Notes under the pieces: generated by a model
What the model saw: the letters and a program-made list of their open reading frames with translations, nothing else
The model's database searches: none
Told to the model about the DNA's origin: nothing
Assembly (NCBI RefSeq): GCF_006345805.1
Contig: NC_043007.1
Span: forward strand, 58,032,001-58,096,000
Reading direction: 5' to 3'
DNA from: Octopus sinensis
Taxonomy: Eukaryota
Length of the DNA stretch: 64,000 nucleotides
Shown: one piece after another, positions 61,811 to 64,000 of the stretch
Layout: the number at the start of each line of letters is the position of its first letter
How positions within the stretch are numbered: position 1 is the first letter of the stretch
Position numbers and translations under genes: made by a program

Positions 61811-62761
61811 TTGAGAAGAGATAAGGAAAGAAAGAAAGCCAAGCAGACGATCGAATTTCGTATGTCCTAAACGATGAAAGTTACATATTGTTGAGAATAT
61901 TGTTTGACACACACATGAACACATACATACACGCATACACACATACCACATAAAGCGAATATTGTTTAGTGTTTTCGAGGGTGAGCGCGAAATCAGATGA
62001 AATGAAAAGTTGCATGTATGCGTGTGCGCGTGTGTGAGAATGAATGAAAGGCAGAGAGAGGCAGACAGTCAGACAGCATGAGAGGGGGAGAATGAATATA
62101 ATGTATGTTTGAAATAGAATAAAATATAGCAAGAAGTGTAATAGAACAGGCAAAGGAGAAGGATTAGGTGGTGAACTGGTCGTAAATTATGCATACAGAC
62201 ATAAAGTTTTCGTTTTTTATATCCTGTAGATAAATGTTATTTACATTTAAGCTTTGCTTGAAAGTAACATTTAGAGCAAAGTGTTTTCAAATTTAAGACA
62301 TAAAATATTAGGCAAAAAATAATAATAATAATAAAGCGAGCAAATGTAACGATATCATTTGACTGCGAGCAAGGTCAATTATACTAGGGCGGGGGTATAC
62401 TTAATTATTGAGATCTTCATAAATGGGTCATTGGCTCCCGGCAAACGGAATCTTGTTGTGCTATTATATATCATTTACTCCTTCAAACTGCAATTATATT
62501 CAATAGCTTAAACAGAGCTTGGTTACCTTGAGTTGAACTAGGAGATCTTGACACACTACATGAAAATAAATCCAATCACCCATTTATCGTCAATTACCTC
62601 AGAACCAGTCGTATATCGGTGAATAATGCCTTAATTTATTTCATTCACGTGAAACGAAAGCAGCTGTTTCACAACGTAAAGGCGCAGTCGATCTTACTAC
62701 CTATTCATCCAGTTAGCTAACCAACCATTCACCAATGCCTTCATCCATCCGTTCATCACTA

Positions 62762-62866
<105 letters not shown>

Positions 62867-63313
62867 CCTCTTATCTTTCGATCCAGTCAGCCAATAGGAC
62901 GTTGTACCATATCGCTGAACAACCATTTATAAAACTATCTCAAATTCTTGTATATATATATATATATATACCACAGTTCAATTCATGCATTTATTGAACC
63001 ATCTCTGCTGGTATATTCCCTACCAAGTTGATCATCCACTCATCCATAAATCCGATTATATATCCATATTTCCAAGTACTGAAGACAGCTAGCCATCCAT
63101 TGAGCCAACCTCAGAATCTTCAATCTCCATCGTACACCAACCACTCATTCATTCATTTGTTCATTCATTCATTCATTCATTCAAACATATTCGCCAAACC
63201 AAACAACCATGGTTGTACAACAGAAGACAAGTGATTGTTGACTTGCATTATGCTTCCCCCTTCTTTCTTACTCATTCTTAACCTGGTCGCATGTTTATGC
63301 GTTTTCTTTCTTC

Positions 63314-63385
<72 letters not shown>

Positions 63386-63739
63386 CATTATTATTCATCT
63401 CTCGTTACCTTTATCTCTGTAAGTCTGTGGGCTTCGCTCTTTATCTCGGTATGTGTACGTACCTCACTCTCTCTCCCCTTCTTTCACCCTCTTTCTCCTC
63501 CTCTCTCTCTCGCCCCTCCCCCTTCTCTCCCTCTCCCTCACATCTCTCTCTGTATGTTTGACTCTCTCTTTATTTCTACGTGTATATGTCTCTCTCTTTC
63601 TCTTTAAGCATTTCTTCTATTTCAGTTGTCTACTTCTTATTAAAATTTTCTCTCCAATATCAGGGAAGTTCATACACTCTGGAGCGCTGACCAAAACGAA
63701 TTACAGTACATAAATTCGCTCGTCAACATACTGTGATGT

Positions 63740-63865
63740 TGCGTGACCTTGTGGTTAGCTGAGTCCATCCATTAGGTCACGGTTCGATTCCTTGACCGGT
63801 TGGTACCTAGTATCCTTGAGCAAGAATCATTTCATGTTGTTCCAGTCCATTCTGCTGAAAAGGAC
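63740..63865 (+). mobile_element. Diverged SINE family C-like head and core
   Basis: tgcgtgaccttgtggttag, ggttcgattcc (B box), tatccttgagcaag..atttcatgttgttccagtccattc.gctg. Confidence 0.6.
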
Positions 63866-64000
63866 TCTTATCAACTGTACCGTGGCACACTATAAGCATA
63901 TTAGCAGAAAAACTTCCATACACAAAATACTTAAATCCCTTGATGGCTTTGGGGTACTGAATGACCATCTACGCAGTGTTACGTTCACAACCTAGCAGGG

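Overview
AT-rich, microsatellite-saturated eukaryotic DNA. The SINE families match my recollection of Octopus (coleoid cephalopod) repeats; this is an inference, not a search result. I find no convincing host protein-coding gene, and nearly all ORF-track entries are translated simple repeats. The window is intronic or intergenic and built from nested mobile-element fossils. These include three tRNA-headed SINE families (called A, B and C here), two mariner fragments, two R4/Dong-type LINE fragments, and CR1 and RTE 3' ends. There are also Penelope-like elements (PLEs) of two types and several MITE-like inverted repeats. The main observations are: (1) a complete 2.2-kb TSD-flanked element (39165-41360) encoding only an L1/Tx1-like ORF1, with no endonuclease or RT, inserted in the tRNA-like head of a SINE, plus two older ORF1-like remnants; (2) a perfect 166-bp fold-back SINE insertion that also copied its own target-site duplication (27116-27485); (3) a tRNA-like Pol III head joined to a PLE-type tail with a degenerate minimal hammerhead ribozyme (38358-38776; same tail at 26401-26490), plus a second hammerhead-like motif at 44246-44283; (4) a SINE-A/CR1 shared 3' end with a covarying hairpin. 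A few weak exon and regulatory candidates lie in the unique sequence. Coordinates of decayed elements are approximate.
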